Source: Eledone cirrhosa (Eukaryota). From it: a stretch of 64,000 bases of DNA. The notes beneath the pieces were generated by a model. It did no database searches. It saw only the letters and a list, made by a program, of their open reading frames with translations, and was not told the origin of the DNA. Both the position numbers and the translations under genes were made by a program. Positions 63,871-64,000 of the stretch are shown one piece after another (the stretch's first letter is position 1; each line of letters opens with the position of its first letter). The DNA is taken from positions 25,358,001-25,422,000 of the forward strand of contig OZ024743.1 of assembly GCA_964016885.1 (NCBI GenBank). The letters are read 5' to 3'.

Positions 63871-64000
63871 AGTTAAGAGATGGGGAGTGTGAGAGAGATG
63901 GAGGCTTGACAGTGGGAGTTCGGCTCCTCTGTGTTCGGACCTGGTGTAGTTAAGAGATGGGGAGGGTGAGAGAGATGGAGGCTTGACGGTGGGAATTCGG

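Larger units (their letters stand above)
1..64000 (+). repeat. Tandem satellite array, 77-bp monomer, ~830 head-to-tail copies, running off both window ends
   Basis: The monomer at 1-77 recurs throughout with a few substitutions per copy and rare small indels. ORF-track offsets (154, 1300, 1916, 2155) equal multiples of 77 minus known indels. No reverse-oriented copies were seen. Confidence 0.99.
51300..64000 (+). repeat. Domain IV: HOR family of ~28-31 monomers with ACGGTGCC, ATAGGGAAGGCG/GGTGGC, GGACCAGG..AAAAGATCGGGAAG and EcoRI-site variants
   Basis: GAGACGGTGCCTTGAT occurs at ~52196, 54351, 57506, 60046, 60201 and 62355. GGACCAGGTGTA occurs at ~51622, 56163, 56857, 58549, 59473, 60781 and 61705. 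GAATTC recurs from 51524 to 63993. Confidence 0.82.

Noticed and set aside
1-64000. CRISPR-like array (regular period, hairpin in the repeat)
   Set aside because: There are no unique spacers, since the whole 77 bp is repeated, and no cas genes or leader.
1-64000. Functional tandem tRNA or 5S gene array
   Set aside because: I could not build a cloverleaf, the consensus lacks the invariant T-loop A, and there are no spacers or terminators. It is kept only as an origin hypothesis.
1-64000. Variant order as an encoded message or programmed diversification cassette system
   Set aside because: The patterns I traced are explained by nested duplication, deletion and conversion. No recombinase, reverse transcriptase or expression site is present in the window.

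Overview
The whole 64 kb window is one uninterrupted head-to-tail satellite array of a 77-bp monomer (about 830 copies, 64000/77). The consensus, read from positions 1-77, is TGGGGAGGGTGAGAGAGATGGAGGCTTGACAGTGGGAGTTCGGCTCCTCTGTGTTCGGACCTGGTGTAGTTAAGAGA (G33 C10 A15 T19, 56% GC, strongly G-skewed). I saw no unique sequence, transposon insertion, inversion, real gene or CRISPR spacer, and the listed ORFs are translations of the repeat. The informative structure lies in diagnostic variants. They show nested periodicity: 77-bp monomer, 154-bp dimers, variable ~19-30-monomer higher-order repeats (HORs) and an alternating A/B super-HOR of ~3.1-3.6 kb. They also define about four domains with different variant sets, several recent tandem duplications (231, 616, 1146, 1300, 2155 and 2386 bp), and a block repeated ~28.8 kb away. 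Each monomer has a hairpin, a purine tract and motifs resembling tRNA/Pol III A- and B-boxes, so a tRNA-derived origin is a testable hypothesis. The organisation is typical of eukaryotic satellite heterochromatin, but I cannot name the species or satellite family. Boundaries were read by eye and are accurate to about one monomer.
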